Shown here in pieces: positions 41,731-51,493 of a DNA stretch of 64,000 bases (positions are counted from its first letter, which is position 1; each line of letters starts with the position of its first letter). Origin of the DNA: an uncultured Gammaproteobacteria bacterium (GTDB lineage Bacteria > Pseudomonadota > Gammaproteobacteria > UBA4575); assembly GCA_943789445.1 (NCBI GenBank), contig CALSUC010000002.1:12256-76255 (forward strand), in the 5' to 3' direction. The position numbers and the translations under genes are program-made. The notes below the pieces were generated by a model that did no database searches, was not told the origin of the DNA, and saw only the letters and a program-made list of their open reading frames with translations.

Positions 41731-42048
41731 CTAGTTTAGGGCGAGCCAAATCTCATCGTCCTGGATTGTAACCGCATAGGTCTGTAGGGCTTCATCCGCA
41801 GGGTCTTCCGACGGCTCACCATCAACGACACTAAACCAGCTGCCATGTAAGGTGCACTTGACCTTGTCACCACGTAGACAGCCTAAGGCTAGAGAAGAGT
41901 CTTCGTGGGTGCAGGTGTCATCCACTGCATAGATGGTGCCTTCGACATTGGCTAATAAGATCGGGGCTCGGCCGGGCATGCAAATCTTCTTTGTCGTTCC
42001 CGCTGTGACTTCAGCCAATTTGGCTGCAAATGTGTTTTTGTTTTCCAT
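41731..42048 (-). CDS. Small Rieske [2Fe-2S] ferredoxin.
   Basis: Has the CTH..(x)..CLHGSWF Rieske ligand boxes (CTHEDSSLALGC...CTLHGSWF). 105 aa. Confidence 0.75.
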   Translation of the reverse strand: MENKNTFAAKLAEVTAGTTKKICMPGRAPILLANVEGTIYAVDDTCTHEDSSLALGCLRGDKVKCTLHGSWFSVVDGEPSEDPADEALQTYAVTIQDDEIWLALN

Positions 42049-42232
42049 AGCGTTACTTTAAAAAATACAGCAAAACACTTCAATAACTCTTAGGGAGGGC
42101 ATATTTCTGCTCTCAGCCTTGGCGTTGTCGGGGATGTCTTGCTCAGAGAAGGGCGCTTATATCATTCGGTAGTATTTCCAAGCAGCAAAGGGGATGGTTA
42201 AATAGCTCGCTTCACTACTCAGGTTTTAGATT

Positions 42233-42463
42233 ATGCCTTACTTTGTATTTCACCTCGTACGCGATGGCCGTATGCGTTTAGACGAGATTAATCTCGTGGA
42301 TCAGTTTGATGCCTATAAAGAGGCCAAACAATTTGCTCGTGCGCAACGTGAGCTCGATACCGGTAAAGAAATTAAAATCATGTTCGAAGAAGATGCATCG
42401 ATGGCCGAGAGTAAGCTGGCAGAGCAACGCGATGCACCTATTCTGAGGGAATGGGAAAAATAA
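42233..42463 (+). CDS. Hypothetical small protein (76 aa).
   Basis: ORF with no recognisable motif. It is divergent from the Rieske gene. Confidence 0.4.
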   Translation: MPYFVFHLVRDGRMRLDEINLVDQFDAYKEAKQFARAQRELDTGKEIKIMFEEDASMAESKLAEQRDAPILREWEK

Positions 42464-42470
42464 CTTAGGC

Positions 42471-42932
42471 ATGGACGAGACCCACTATCGCTCAACCTAT
42501 GCTGAGATCAACCCGATTAAATGTGCCTTTGAAAAGGCAATTAATTCGCGTGTCTGTAATTGTTCGAAGTCATCCCGTTTTAACCTTGCTGATCGTGAAG
42601 GAGTGGCCTGTGAATCTGCCGCCAGTCATGGCCTGTGTCAGGAGCTATTAGAGCTACTGCGAGAAAAGGCACGCTTTGCCTTGCAGCAAACCCAAGTCGA
42701 TGGGCCATTACCACATAATGCTGAAATTAAGATTCAGTGTGGTGGCGTGAAGGGCTTAATCGAGCTGCTCAAGGGATTGCATCCTGATCAGACAAATGCG
42801 GCAGAAGACGATGTCTATGCCGTGATCCAGCAGGCACTAGGCGACTTTGAACGCCTTAATGCCCTGCCTTTCAGTCAAATCATGCAACAAGTCACAGCCT
42901 ATCAAGGGCGCAAGCGGCGCGGGGCTAAATAG
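42471..42932 (+). CDS. Hypothetical protein (153 aa).
   Basis: ORF only. Confidence 0.4.
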   Translation: MDETHYRSTYAEINPIKCAFEKAINSRVCNCSKSSRFNLADREGVACESAASHGLCQELLELLREKARFALQQTQVDGPLPHNAEIKIQCGGVKGLIELLKGLHPDQTNAAEDDVYAVIQQALGDFERLNALPFSQIMQQVTAYQGRKRRGAK

Positions 42933-42944
42933 CCTGTCCGGTGA

Positions 42945-43988
42945 TTAACCTTTATTGCTGTTGTACTGCTGGCTAAACATGGCCCAGATGGCGAGAAAGA
43001 ATGCCGCAATCACAGGACCTAAGACAAAACCCGAAATGCCGATCATGGCAATGCCACCCAGGGTGCTGAGTAGGATTAAGTAGTCTGGCATTTGTGTGTC
43101 GCGTCCAACCAGGATAGGGCGTAAGACATTGTCGACCATGCCAATCACAAAGACCCCAACCAAAATCAAAATAATGGCCGCAGTCATTTGCTCATTTGCC
43201 AATAGGTAGATAGCTGCTGGCAGCCAAATCAGGGCCGCACCCACGGCAGGCAGTACCGATAAGATGGTCATTACTGCAGCCCAGAACAAGGCTGATTGAA
43301 TCCCTAATAATGCAAAGCTGATACCACCAATAGCACCCTGTATACCGCCAACCACTAGGGTGCCTTTAATCGTAGCGCGTGATACTGCAGCAAATTTGTT
43401 GAGCAATAAACGCTCGTTATGATCACCTAGGGGTAAGGTTTCAACTAACTTATTGAGCAAGGTATCGCCGTCACGGATACAGAAAAATAAGAGATACAGC
43501 ATTAAGAAAAATAACAGGGTGAATTGCAGTGCATCCTGACCAAAACTGAGCAGATAAGCGCCTAAGGCTTGGCTGAGTTGCATCGCGCTGTTACTGATCT
43601 TGGTTTCTAGATCGGCTAATGAGAGATCGCCGTACTGAAGTAACTGTTCTAATGCAGGCAGGCTGCTTTGTAGCCATTGAATGCCGTGCGCTAGATTGAT
43701 ATCACCAGCAGTAATCGCCTGATATAGACCAACACCCTCTTTGGCTACCGCAATACTTAGAAATAGGGCCGGCGCAATGGCGCAGATCAGAATAATGAAC
43801 ACACTGAGCAGCGCCGTGCTGTTTTGACGCTGATTGCCTAGATGGTGCTGTAAGAAGTGATGTAAGCCACGAAACAGGACTGCCAGCGTGATGGCCCATA
43901 ACAAAGGTTGGAAAAAAGGCGCGAGTAGACCGGCAAAGGCTGCAGTTGCGGCAGCTAGCAGGATGAAAAAGAAGGTATTTTGGATCAC
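42945..43988 (-). CDS. AI-2E family transporter (PerM/YhhT-like).
   Basis: 347 aa polytopic membrane protein with the characteristic C-terminal GxxG-rich TM core. Confidence 0.75.
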   Translation of the reverse strand: MIQNTFFFILLAAATAAFAGLLAPFFQPLLWAITLAVLFRGLHHFLQHHLGNQRQNSTALLSVFIILICAIAPALFLSIAVAKEGVGLYQAITAGDINLAHGIQWLQSSLPALEQLLQYGDLSLADLETKISNSAMQLSQALGAYLLSFGQDALQFTLLFFLMLYLLFFCIRDGDTLLNKLVETLPLGDHNERLLLNKFAAVSRATIKGTLVVGGIQGAIGGISFALLGIQSALFWAAVMTILSVLPAVGAALIWLPAAIYLLANEQMTAAIILILVGVFVIGMVDNVLRPILVGRDTQMPDYLILLSTLGGIAMIGISGFVLGPVIAAFFLAIWAMFSQQYNSNKG

Positions 43989-44196
43989 GACATTCCCTGT
44001 TTTGTTTAGGACCGCACTGAAAAAGGCTGATTCTTGGCTTAAGTTGTTATTTTAGAGCTAGTTTTTAGGAAAAAGGGGATTTGTACAAGGGCTCTTTAGG
44101 CTTACCTTAAATAAGTACTTGCTTATATTAGAAAATTATACTATTCTGATCTCATCAAATTTAAACCTTATCTGAAATTTAATTAGGAGAACGCAA

Positions 44197-44310
44197 ATGA
44201 CACGTTTTACTTCATTCTTTGATAAAGGCATCTCTGTGATGTGTGCTGAAACAGCTATATTTATTTCAGGTCTGATTGCTTTATTCGCTATTGTGATTGC
44301 CTTGTTTTAA
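44197..44310 (+). CDS. Small hydrophobic protein (37 aa: MTRFTSFFDKGISVMCAETAIFISGLIALFAIVIALF). It is not in the supplied ORF track.
   Basis: An AGGAGA RBS lies 6 nt upstream of the ATG. There is a single predicted TM helix. It is followed at 44345..44376 by a strong rho-independent terminator. Confidence 0.45.
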   Translation: MTRFTSFFDKGISVMCAETAIFISGLIALFAIVIALF

Positions 44311-44344
44311 ACCGCTTTTCATATCTACCTCCACGTAGACTTTT

Positions 44345-44376
44345 ACGCCGACATCTCTTGTCGGCGTTTTTTTTGC
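44345..44376 (+). terminator. Rho-independent terminator.
   Basis: Stem acgccgaca/tgtcggcgt followed by T9. Confidence 0.8.
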
Positions 44377-44446
44377 CTAAAATTTAGTTGTATCGTCTAG
44401 TGGCTGGGTTATTGAGTGTCGTGTGACAGGCCAGATTATAGCGAGA

Positions 44447-45295
44447 TTAAAATACTGAAGAGCTTAGTTCGTTAACCGCTGAAAGCATCTCTGGATCATC
44501 ACTAAGGGCTTGAGATATTGAGCTCCTACAGGCCGTTACTGGGTTAATGCCAGTAGCGATTAATTTTCCAGCATGTACCAATAGACGGGTACTAGCGCCT
44601 TCATCTAAACCACTGCCTTTCAAGTTGCGTGTCATCTGTGCAAACCTCACCAGCTGTTTAGCGGTTACATTATCAACCCCGGTCTCGGTTTCAATAATCT
44701 TTTGCTCAGTGGCGGCATCTGGATAATCAAATTCTAAGGCAACAAACCGTTGTCGAGTACTTTGCTTTAGGTCTTTTAAGACGCTTTGATAGCCAGGGTT
44801 ATAAGAGATCGCCATACAGAAGTCTTCTGGTGCCTCTAATAATTCGCCCAGCTTCTCGATGGGTAATACACGGCGATCATCACACAGCGGGTGAATGACG
44901 ACAGTGGTATCTTTTCGTGCCTCAACAATCTCATCTAAGTAACAAATGCTGCCGGTACGGACGGCACGTGCGAGTGGGCCATCGACCCAAACGGTTTCGC
45001 CACCGGTCACTAGATAGCGGCCGACCAAGTCAGAGGCGGTTAAGTCATCATGACAGGAGACGGTAATCAGTGGTCTTTGCAGACGCCAGCCGATGTATTC
45101 CATGAAGCGTGTCTTACCACAGCCGGTAGGCCCTTTCAGTAAAACAGGGAGTTTGTTTTTATAGGCGGCCTCAAAGACTTCAATCTCGTCAGCGACTGGC
45201 TCGTAATAAGGCTCGTCAGTAACAAAATATTCTTCGGGCTTATAGCTTTTTGCAATGTTCTTGGCATCCATTTCGGTATTCACGCTGATATTCAT
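44447..45295 (-). CDS. CbbQ/NirQ/NorQ family AAA+ (MoxR-class) ATPase.
   Basis: Walker [14 protein letters not shown] and Walker B ICYLDEI. It is ~270 aa core, collinear with CbbQ/NorQ. Confidence 0.8.
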   Translation of the reverse strand: MNISVNTEMDAKNIAKSYKPEEYFVTDEPYYEPVADEIEVFEAAYKNKLPVLLKGPTGCGKTRFMEYIGWRLQRPLITVSCHDDLTASDLVGRYLVTGGETVWVDGPLARAVRTGSICYLDEIVEARKDTTVVIHPLCDDRRVLPIEKLGELLEAPEDFCMAISYNPGYQSVLKDLKQSTRQRFVALEFDYPDAATEQKIIETETGVDNVTAKQLVRFAQMTRNLKGSGLDEGASTRLLVHAGKLIATGINPVTACRSSISQALSDDPEMLSAVNELSSSVF

Positions 45296-45389
45296 GTGCC
45301 AGCCAGCTTACCCGTATATAAGGCCCGTGCAAGTTTAGGTGTGCACGGACGATATACAGGTTTTGTTCTACAGGATGCTAAGGGGCAGA

Positions 45390-46037
45390 CTAAGTCTGTA
45401 GGTAGATAGTGTCACCATCAAGAGTCACGTCACCACTCTTCTTTAGATCTTGGATGGTGCGACTAACCGATTCTCTCGAACAGCCTATAAGACTGGCAAG
45501 TTCACGATGCGTAGCAAAGTTAGCCACTTTTTTGCCAGCCACTTCTTGTGCGTTGTTGCGTAAAGCCCAAAGTACACGCTGATGGATGCTGCCCAATGCG
45601 ATCTCTTTCAGGTGCTGTGAGATGTTCGCAATCTCTGAGGAGAGCCGTGTGGCAATACAGTGCATGAAGTCAGGGTGATCTGCGTAAAACTGGCTGAAGT
45701 CAGCATGCTGGATAGTGAGGATGTTGCAGGGTTCTTTGGTGATCACGCTGGCGAACTGTTTGCCATCATTTAACCAAGCGGTTTCACCAAAGGATTCGCC
45801 TTGGCTTAACTTATATAGGGTGACTTCTTTGCCTTGCTGGTTTTCTTTAAAGACCCTGACAGTCCCTTTTAGGATGAAGTAGACCGACTGTAAGATGTCG
45901 CCATCCATACAGATGATGGTGTTTTTACGTAGCGCTCGAATACTACTGCGCTTGGCTAGTGGTTGTAAGCATTCAACACTATAGCGTTTAAAACATTGAG
46001 TGCGTTGTAGGTCAAAGGTTAGGAGATCTATAGTCAT
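45390..46037 (-). CDS. Crp/Fnr family transcriptional regulator (Dnr/NnrR-like; lacks the FNR N-terminal Cys cluster).
   Basis: cNMP-binding beta-roll plus a C-terminal HTH (RELASLIGCSRESVSRTI). Confidence 0.75.
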   Translation of the reverse strand: MTIDLLTFDLQRTQCFKRYSVECLQPLAKRSSIRALRKNTIICMDGDILQSVYFILKGTVRVFKENQQGKEVTLYKLSQGESFGETAWLNDGKQFASVITKEPCNILTIQHADFSQFYADHPDFMHCIATRLSSEIANISQHLKEIALGSIHQRVLWALRNNAQEVAGKKVANFATHRELASLIGCSRESVSRTIQDLKKSGDVTLDGDTIYLQT

Positions 46038-46372
46038 AGTATTTTTAGTCTGGGTTAGCTCCTTGTCCCGGTCACCCTGGACTGTTGTAAAAAAGACACA
46101 ACTCGATATGAACTCGAAAGATGATAATCCTTAAACACCTTTCAGCCTTTCTTCGTCAGAAATGGGCACAGCCCTTATGTGACAATAATTACGAAAGTGT
46201 ATCGTTATAATACACTGAATATAAATTAAAATAACTATTAAATAGCCTATCTCTACTGATTGGGAAGAAATTTTTTCACTTTCAGCGGTTTAGATAGGGA
46301 AGTTAACTTATTGTATTGAGTTCTTCTCTGTTGCAAAAATACAACATTACTAAATAAACGAGAGGAAACTCA

Positions 46373-47622
46373 ATGAAACAACTAGTTAAAGCTTCTGCTC
46401 TAGCGCTAAGCCTAGTGGCTGCATCTGCAGCACACGCAGGTGGTGTTGCTGGTGGCAATGCAAACTCAAACTGGACAATCTATGGCTGGCAGAACTGGTC
46501 TTTAGAGTCTGTTGATAATGGTGCACGTGATACAACTCGCATTAACAACAACGCTGCAAACATCGGCTTCTCAGCTGCTGTTGACACTGGCATGATGGTC
46601 GGTGGTGAAGCAATGATGGTTAATTTCCGTTGTGAGCAGTTCACTTTCCATAACCGTTTCTAATGGCTCATACTAACTGGTGTAACCGTAACTCAAAGAT
46701 CTCTTTAAGCGGTTCTTTCGGTGAGATCATGTTCGGCCAATGGTTACTTCCATACAACGAAATGGTTGCACAATGGGTTGATCCATTCTACGACGCAGGC
46801 GCTGATTCACATACTTCACTGATGGGTAACATCGGTTATGGTAATCAGTTCTTCTACAATGGTTCATTTGGTCAGTCTGATTCTTTCAACCGTCGTCAAG
46901 AAGAAGTGATCCAGTACTTCAGCCCTAACATGAACGGTGTAACTTTCCGTATTGCTACAACTAACGCTAACCAGTCTGGTTCTGGCGAAGAAGTTACTAA
47001 AACAGGTGCAGGTGGCGCTACTGAACTAGATCCACGTATCTGGTCTATGGGTGTTGCGTACGAAACTACGCTAGATTCAGGCGACAACGTCTGGTTAGCA
47101 GCAACTTACCAGTCTCACGACGAATGGTCTGCTGTAACTTACTCTTGTGATGATTCAGACGATAAGTCTTACCGTCTAGCGGGTCGTTACATCAAGCAAT
47201 GGGGCCAAGGTCAATCAACTCAAGTTTCTGCAATGTGGGAAACTCTTGAGTACGATTGGGAAGGCTGTGCAAGCGCTCCTGCTGCTATGTCTGCTGTTAT
47301 GACTGGAAACAATGTAGACGTGGAACGTGATGCATTCATGCTTTCTGCTAAGCAGACTTTCGGTAACGGTTTCGACATGCGCCTTTCTTACATGGACGCA
47401 GACGAGCTAGAAGTTAACGGTGACGATCTTAACAATTCTGATGCTACGGCTTACAACATCGGTATGTTCTACACAATGCCGGCTGGCACAGAGCTACGTT
47501 TAACCTACTCTAAGGTTGATAACGAAGACGCTTCTAACTACGACTTCGGTATTGGTGGTTCAGGCGCAGCAGTTGGTGAAGACGCCAAGATGTGGGCACT
47601 AGGTATTGTTCAGTGGTTCTAA
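46373..47622 (+). pseudogene. Outer-membrane general porin (Neisseria-type, Porin_4) interrupted by a -1 frameshift near 46610-46660. This is either a pseudogene or a sequencing error.
   Basis: ORF 46373..46663 gives the signal peptide plus the porin N-terminus (WTIYGWQNWSLESVDNG). ORF 46663..47622 continues in another frame and ends with the C-terminal ...WALGIVQWF (terminal Phe). There is a GAGAGGA RBS. Confidence 0.6.
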
Positions 47623-47700
47623 GTTGTTTTTAGAAACATAAAGAGGTACTCGAGTAGTCGGTGAATGTACGGAAGAAATTGATTTCATTGACCTCTCACT

Positions 47701-47733
47701 AAACGCCCCCTGTCTCGGCAGGGGGCGTTTTTT
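47701..47733 (+). terminator. Rho-independent terminator after the porin gene.
   Basis: Stem cgccccctg/cagggggcg followed by T6. Confidence 0.85.
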
Positions 47734-47903
47734 ATGGGGCCTAATTTTTTCTATCCCCTGATGTCTCACGGCTCTCTTCTGAGCTATCGCTAATGGGTAG
47801 GAAACTGCTCTATTGCATAATCTATGGCAGGCTTTCATTGACTCACCTGTAGCAAGTAAGATACTTTACTAAGTTACTTATTTATCAAAAGTTTTTAGAC
47901 AAA

Positions 47904-49757
47904 ATGCAAAGCGCAGCAGAACAAGCAGAAGAGATTCAACAGGCCTCGGATCACCCTCTAGCTGGAACTGAAATGTCCGGCTCCGATATGATCGTGCAGG
48001 TCCTTGCCCAAGAACAGACCGACGTCATCTTCGGTTACAGTGGTGGCGCAATCTTGCCTACCTATGACGCCGTTTTTCGTTATAACAAAGAGCATAACGA
48101 CGCGATGCCACTGATCGTCCCAGCGAACGAGCAGGGTGCCGGTTTCATGGCCTCTGGCTATGCCCGTGCCTGCGGTAAGGTCGGTGTGGTGATGGTGACT
48201 TCAGGACCAGGCGCGACGAACACGGTAACGCCGGTACGCGACTGCATGGCAGATTCTATTCCAATCGTTGTGATCAGTGGCCAAGTGCCAACTGCGGCGA
48301 TCGGCAGTGATGGTTTCCAAGAGGCACCGATTGCTAACCTGATGGGCGCAATTGCTAAGCATATTTTCTTGGTTACCGATCCAACTAAATTAGAGGCAAC
48401 GCTGCGTACGGCATTTGAGATTGCACGCACCGGTCGGCCGGGGCCAGTGGTAGTTGATATCCCTAAAGATGTGCAGAACTGGGTAGGGACATTCGAAGGC
48501 CATGGTCGCTTGCCGATCCGCGGTTATCGTGAACGTATTCATAGTGTCTTAGCTAACCCACTACCAGTTGAGAAGTGTCAGCAATTCTATGACGCCTTAA
48601 GCCGAGCCAAGAAACCACTGCTGTATGTTGGTGGCGGTGCAATCAATGCTGAGGTCTCTAAAGAATTAACTGAATTTGCCGATGCCTTTGGCATCCCGGT
48701 GGTCTCTACTCTGATGGGTATTGGTGCCTATGACACGACTCGCTCGCGGGCATTACATATGCTCGGTATGCACGGTACTGCATTTGCCAATTACGCGACT
48801 GATGATTGTGATTTCTTGATTGCAGTGGGTGCACGTTTTGATGATCGAGTAGCGGCTGTGCCGACTCAGTTTGCCCCAACGGCTAAATTTATTGCGCATT
48901 TTGATATCGATCCTTCAGAGATCGATAAGGTCAAATCAGTCGATTGGCACCATGTGGGTTTGTTACCACAGAGTCTGACTCGGTTGCTGAACTATGGCCA
49001 AAAAGATTATAAGTTTGAAGCTGATTACAGTGAGTGGCATGCGCATGTGGCTGATCTGAAATCAACCTATGCGATGAACTACGATCGTGAGAGTGAGCAT
49101 ATCCAGCCCTATGCGGTGATTGAAGAGATTAATAAGATCACTAAAGGCGAGGCGATTGTCAGTACAGGTGTTGGCCAACATCAAATGTGGGCGGCGCAGT
49201 ACTTTGATTTTAAGCATCCGCGATTATGGATGACCTCTGGCAGTATGGGGACTATGGGGTTTGGTCTGCCAGCAGCGATTGGTGCACAGTTTGCTAAGCC
49301 AGATGCGATGGTGATTGATATTGATGGTGATGCCAGTATTCGTATGAATCTGGGTGATCTTGAAACAGTGACAACCTATGACCTGCCGGTGAAGACGGTG
49401 GTGCTGAATAATTTCGGTGACGGCATGGTTAAGCAATGGCAGAAGCTATTCTTCAAGGGTCGCCTATCTGCCAGTGATAAATCATTGCATAAAAAGAACT
49501 TCGTTAAGGCTGCTGAAGCAGATGGCTTTGAATATGCAGTGCGTCTAGATAAGAAAGAAGATCTGGAGCGTGTTGTACGAGAGTTTATTGCATATCCAGG
49601 GCCTGCTTTCTTAGAGGTGATTATTGATCCTGATGCTGGGGTTTATCCGATGGTTGGCCCGGGTAGCTGTTATGCCGAAATGATCACTGGACCTTTTATT
49701 CCAACTCGAGATGGGCATGATCCTGTGACCGAAGTGGATGCCTCTGAGATGTTCTAG
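47904..49757 (+). CDS. Thiamine-diphosphate-dependent enzyme of the acetolactate synthase large-subunit family. There is no adjacent small subunit, so it could be an ALS, glyoxylate carboligase or sulfoacetaldehyde acetyltransferase-type enzyme. The start may instead be the internal Met at ~47970.
   Basis: GYSGGAILP, VMVTSGPGATN and GRPGPVVVDIPKDV are present. The TPP-binding GDG..(N) motif GDASIRMNLGDLET...NN is present. Confidence 0.7.
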   Translation: MQSAAEQAEEIQQASDHPLAGTEMSGSDMIVQVLAQEQTDVIFGYSGGAILPTYDAVFRYNKEHNDAMPLIVPANEQGAGFMASGYARACGKVGVVMVTSGPGATNTVTPVRDCMADSIPIVVISGQVPTAAIGSDGFQEAPIANLMGAIAKHIFLVTDPTKLEATLRTAFEIARTGRPGPVVVDIPKDVQNWVGTFEGHGRLPIRGYRERIHSVLANPLPVEKCQQFYDALSRAKKPLLYVGGGAINAEVSKELTEFADAFGIPVVSTLMGIGAYDTTRSRALHMLGMHGTAFANYATDDCDFLIAVGARFDDRVAAVPTQFAPTAKFIAHFDIDPSEIDKVKSVDWHHVGLLPQSLTRLLNYGQKDYKFEADYSEWHAHVADLKSTYAMNYDRESEHIQPYAVIEEINKITKGEAIVSTGVGQHQMWAAQYFDFKHPRLWMTSGSMGTMGFGLPAAIGAQFAKPDAMVIDIDGDASIRMNLGDLETVTTYDLPVKTVVLNNFGDGMVKQWQKLFFKGRLSASDKSLHKKNFVKAAEADGFEYAVRLDKKEDLERVVREFIAYPGPAFLEVIIDPDAGVYPMVGPGSCYAEMITGPFIPTRDGHDPVTEVDASEMF

Positions 49758-49780
49758 CTAACAGCTAAATCTAGTCCAAA

Positions 49781-49820
49781 AAAAAACGCGGCACCTCGAA
49801 AGGTGGCCGCGTTTTTTTTT
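49781..49820. terminator. Bidirectional rho-independent terminator between convergent genes.
   Basis: A9-cgcggccacc..ggtggccgcg-T9. Confidence 0.85.
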
Positions 49821-49834
49821 CAGTGTAACTTTGA

Positions 49835-50602
49835 TTAGAAGTCAGTAATAACGACATCCTTAATCGTATTGCTTTGTACGTCAGCTACAGTAGGTAACAA
49901 GCTGGTAGCGATCAACGCTTGGCCACAGTTACTCTTCTTTGCACGTAGCGTTCCCATCCAAGCCTTAACTTTAGCGCGTTGCTCGATAAGGTCATTGGCA
50001 GGTGTCAGGCTAAGTAGGTGTAGCTGAGCCATCCAGTAAATGTCAGCCAGTGAGAAGTTCTTGCCAGCAACGAATTTATTCTTCGTTAGACGTTGCTCAA
50101 GATCATCTAATAATGGGCCTAGTACGGCTTTCGCCGCATCGATGGTGGCCGCATCATTACTCGCTTTGACTAAGGTCTCGTTTACGATGGCTGAGATATG
50201 TGGGCCTGCTTGATTGCGTGCAATAGCACAGCAATCATCTTGCTCAGCGGCCAGCGTAACGTTTTTAGGAATTAGTGAAAAACCTAGTCCGCGTGCATTC
50301 ACATACTCAGTGATCGACTTTACGCCATAGCTGAAAAAGTCATTCTCTTTTAGAGCCGGCAACATGCCAAACTCAGAAATCGCAATAAAATCAGCAGATT
50401 GGTTTTCACCACCAGCGACGTCGATGGTGCCGGTATTCATTTCCATACCTTGTTCTGCGGCGACTAAGATGCACTTTAGCGTGTCGGCACAATAGGCTGC
50501 ACCTAGTAGCTGAAGTACGTACTGGGTTTTCTTCATTTCACCAGAAAGGCCGTATTCGCCCGCATCGGCATCACCTGCTGCGCGTTGGTCAAATAAATCC
50601 AT
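49835..50602 (-). CDS. GST-like (thioredoxin-fold plus helical GST C-terminal domain) protein with a 22-aa acidic N-terminal extension. It is paralog 1 of a tandem pair.
   Basis: Strong RBS AAGAGGAAA. The N-terminal domain carries Cys (..AYCADTLKCILVAAE..). C-terminal GST-C-like helices are present. Confidence 0.55.
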   Translation of the reverse strand: MDLFDQRAAGDADAGEYGLSGEMKKTQYVLQLLGAAYCADTLKCILVAAEQGMEMNTGTIDVAGGENQSADFIAISEFGMLPALKENDFFSYGVKSITEYVNARGLGFSLIPKNVTLAAEQDDCCAIARNQAGPHISAIVNETLVKASNDAATIDAAKAVLGPLLDDLEQRLTKNKFVAGKNFSLADIYWMAQLHLLSLTPANDLIEQRAKVKAWMGTLRAKKSNCGQALIATSLLPTVADVQSNTIKDVVITDF

Positions 50603-50646
50603 GGAGGTTTCCTCTTAAATAAATTTTGTTTCTATCGTGAATGGGA

Positions 50647-51213
50647 TTAGCTGACTTGAGACATGGCGCTTGCACGTATGCCTTCAGGGACTACCTGCTC
50701 AACACGGCTTAACCATGCATCAACATGGCTTAGACCCTGTGGGCAGCTGCCTGCTTTCTTTAGCTGTAAAACGCCTGCGGCTACTGGGCCGTCAGCCTGC
50801 GTTATTGGGCCAGCTAGATAGTCATTGGTCGCTAGGATTTCATCCATGCGACGTAAAATCTTTTCTATCTGTAGGTTGTTATCCAGTAATTCATTGGCAA
50901 CTGCTAACCAATAATTCTGATCACCTAAGTGACGTGCCTTCTTGGGCCGTAGTGGAGCACCATCACCTTTTACATCAAGGTAGGTATAAATTGCATTTTC
51001 ACTATTGATCTTGACTGGACCGTGCGACATTTCTAATTGCTTGCCATCACCGAGGTCTAGCTCTAAGGCTACTCCGCGTACTGCCGCTGCCATAATGCAG
51101 CGAGCACTGCTGGCATTGTTTGGGCCGCTGAGTGCGAAGTTGTCATTCTTGCTGGCAACCGCAGCTTTTTCTTTGCTTTTACCAAATCCAAATAATCCCA
51201 TTTTTGACTCCAA
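50647..51213 (-). CDS. GST-like protein, paralog 2 (same architecture, with a conserved Cys in ..SSARCIMAAAV..).
   Basis: Parallel motif order with the upstream paralog. Confidence 0.5.
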   Translation of the reverse strand: MESKMGLFGFGKSKEKAAVASKNDNFALSGPNNASSARCIMAAAVRGVALELDLGDGKQLEMSHGPVKINSENAIYTYLDVKGDGAPLRPKKARHLGDQNYWLAVANELLDNNLQIEKILRRMDEILATNDYLAGPITQADGPVAAGVLQLKKAGSCPQGLSHVDAWLSRVEQVVPEGIRASAMSQVS

Positions 51214-51493
51214 GGAATTTGAGCGCCCTAGTGGCGCTAGTTTCGACTGAGCTGCGTGGCATAAATAGGTGTTTGACCCTGAATTGTTTCACGCAGGCAG
51301 GTGATTATCTCAGATTCACCTTAAAACGTAATCCCTTAGATTGAATAAATTAGACAAACTTGTATAGATAATTCTATATATTTCAGTTGTTAGCCCAAAA
51401 ATCACAACAAAGGGTCTGGACACTGTCCTGTTAGAAAGATCGCAATTCTCGATCAGGTCACTACAATGACAGAATACTCATTCTTACATAACT

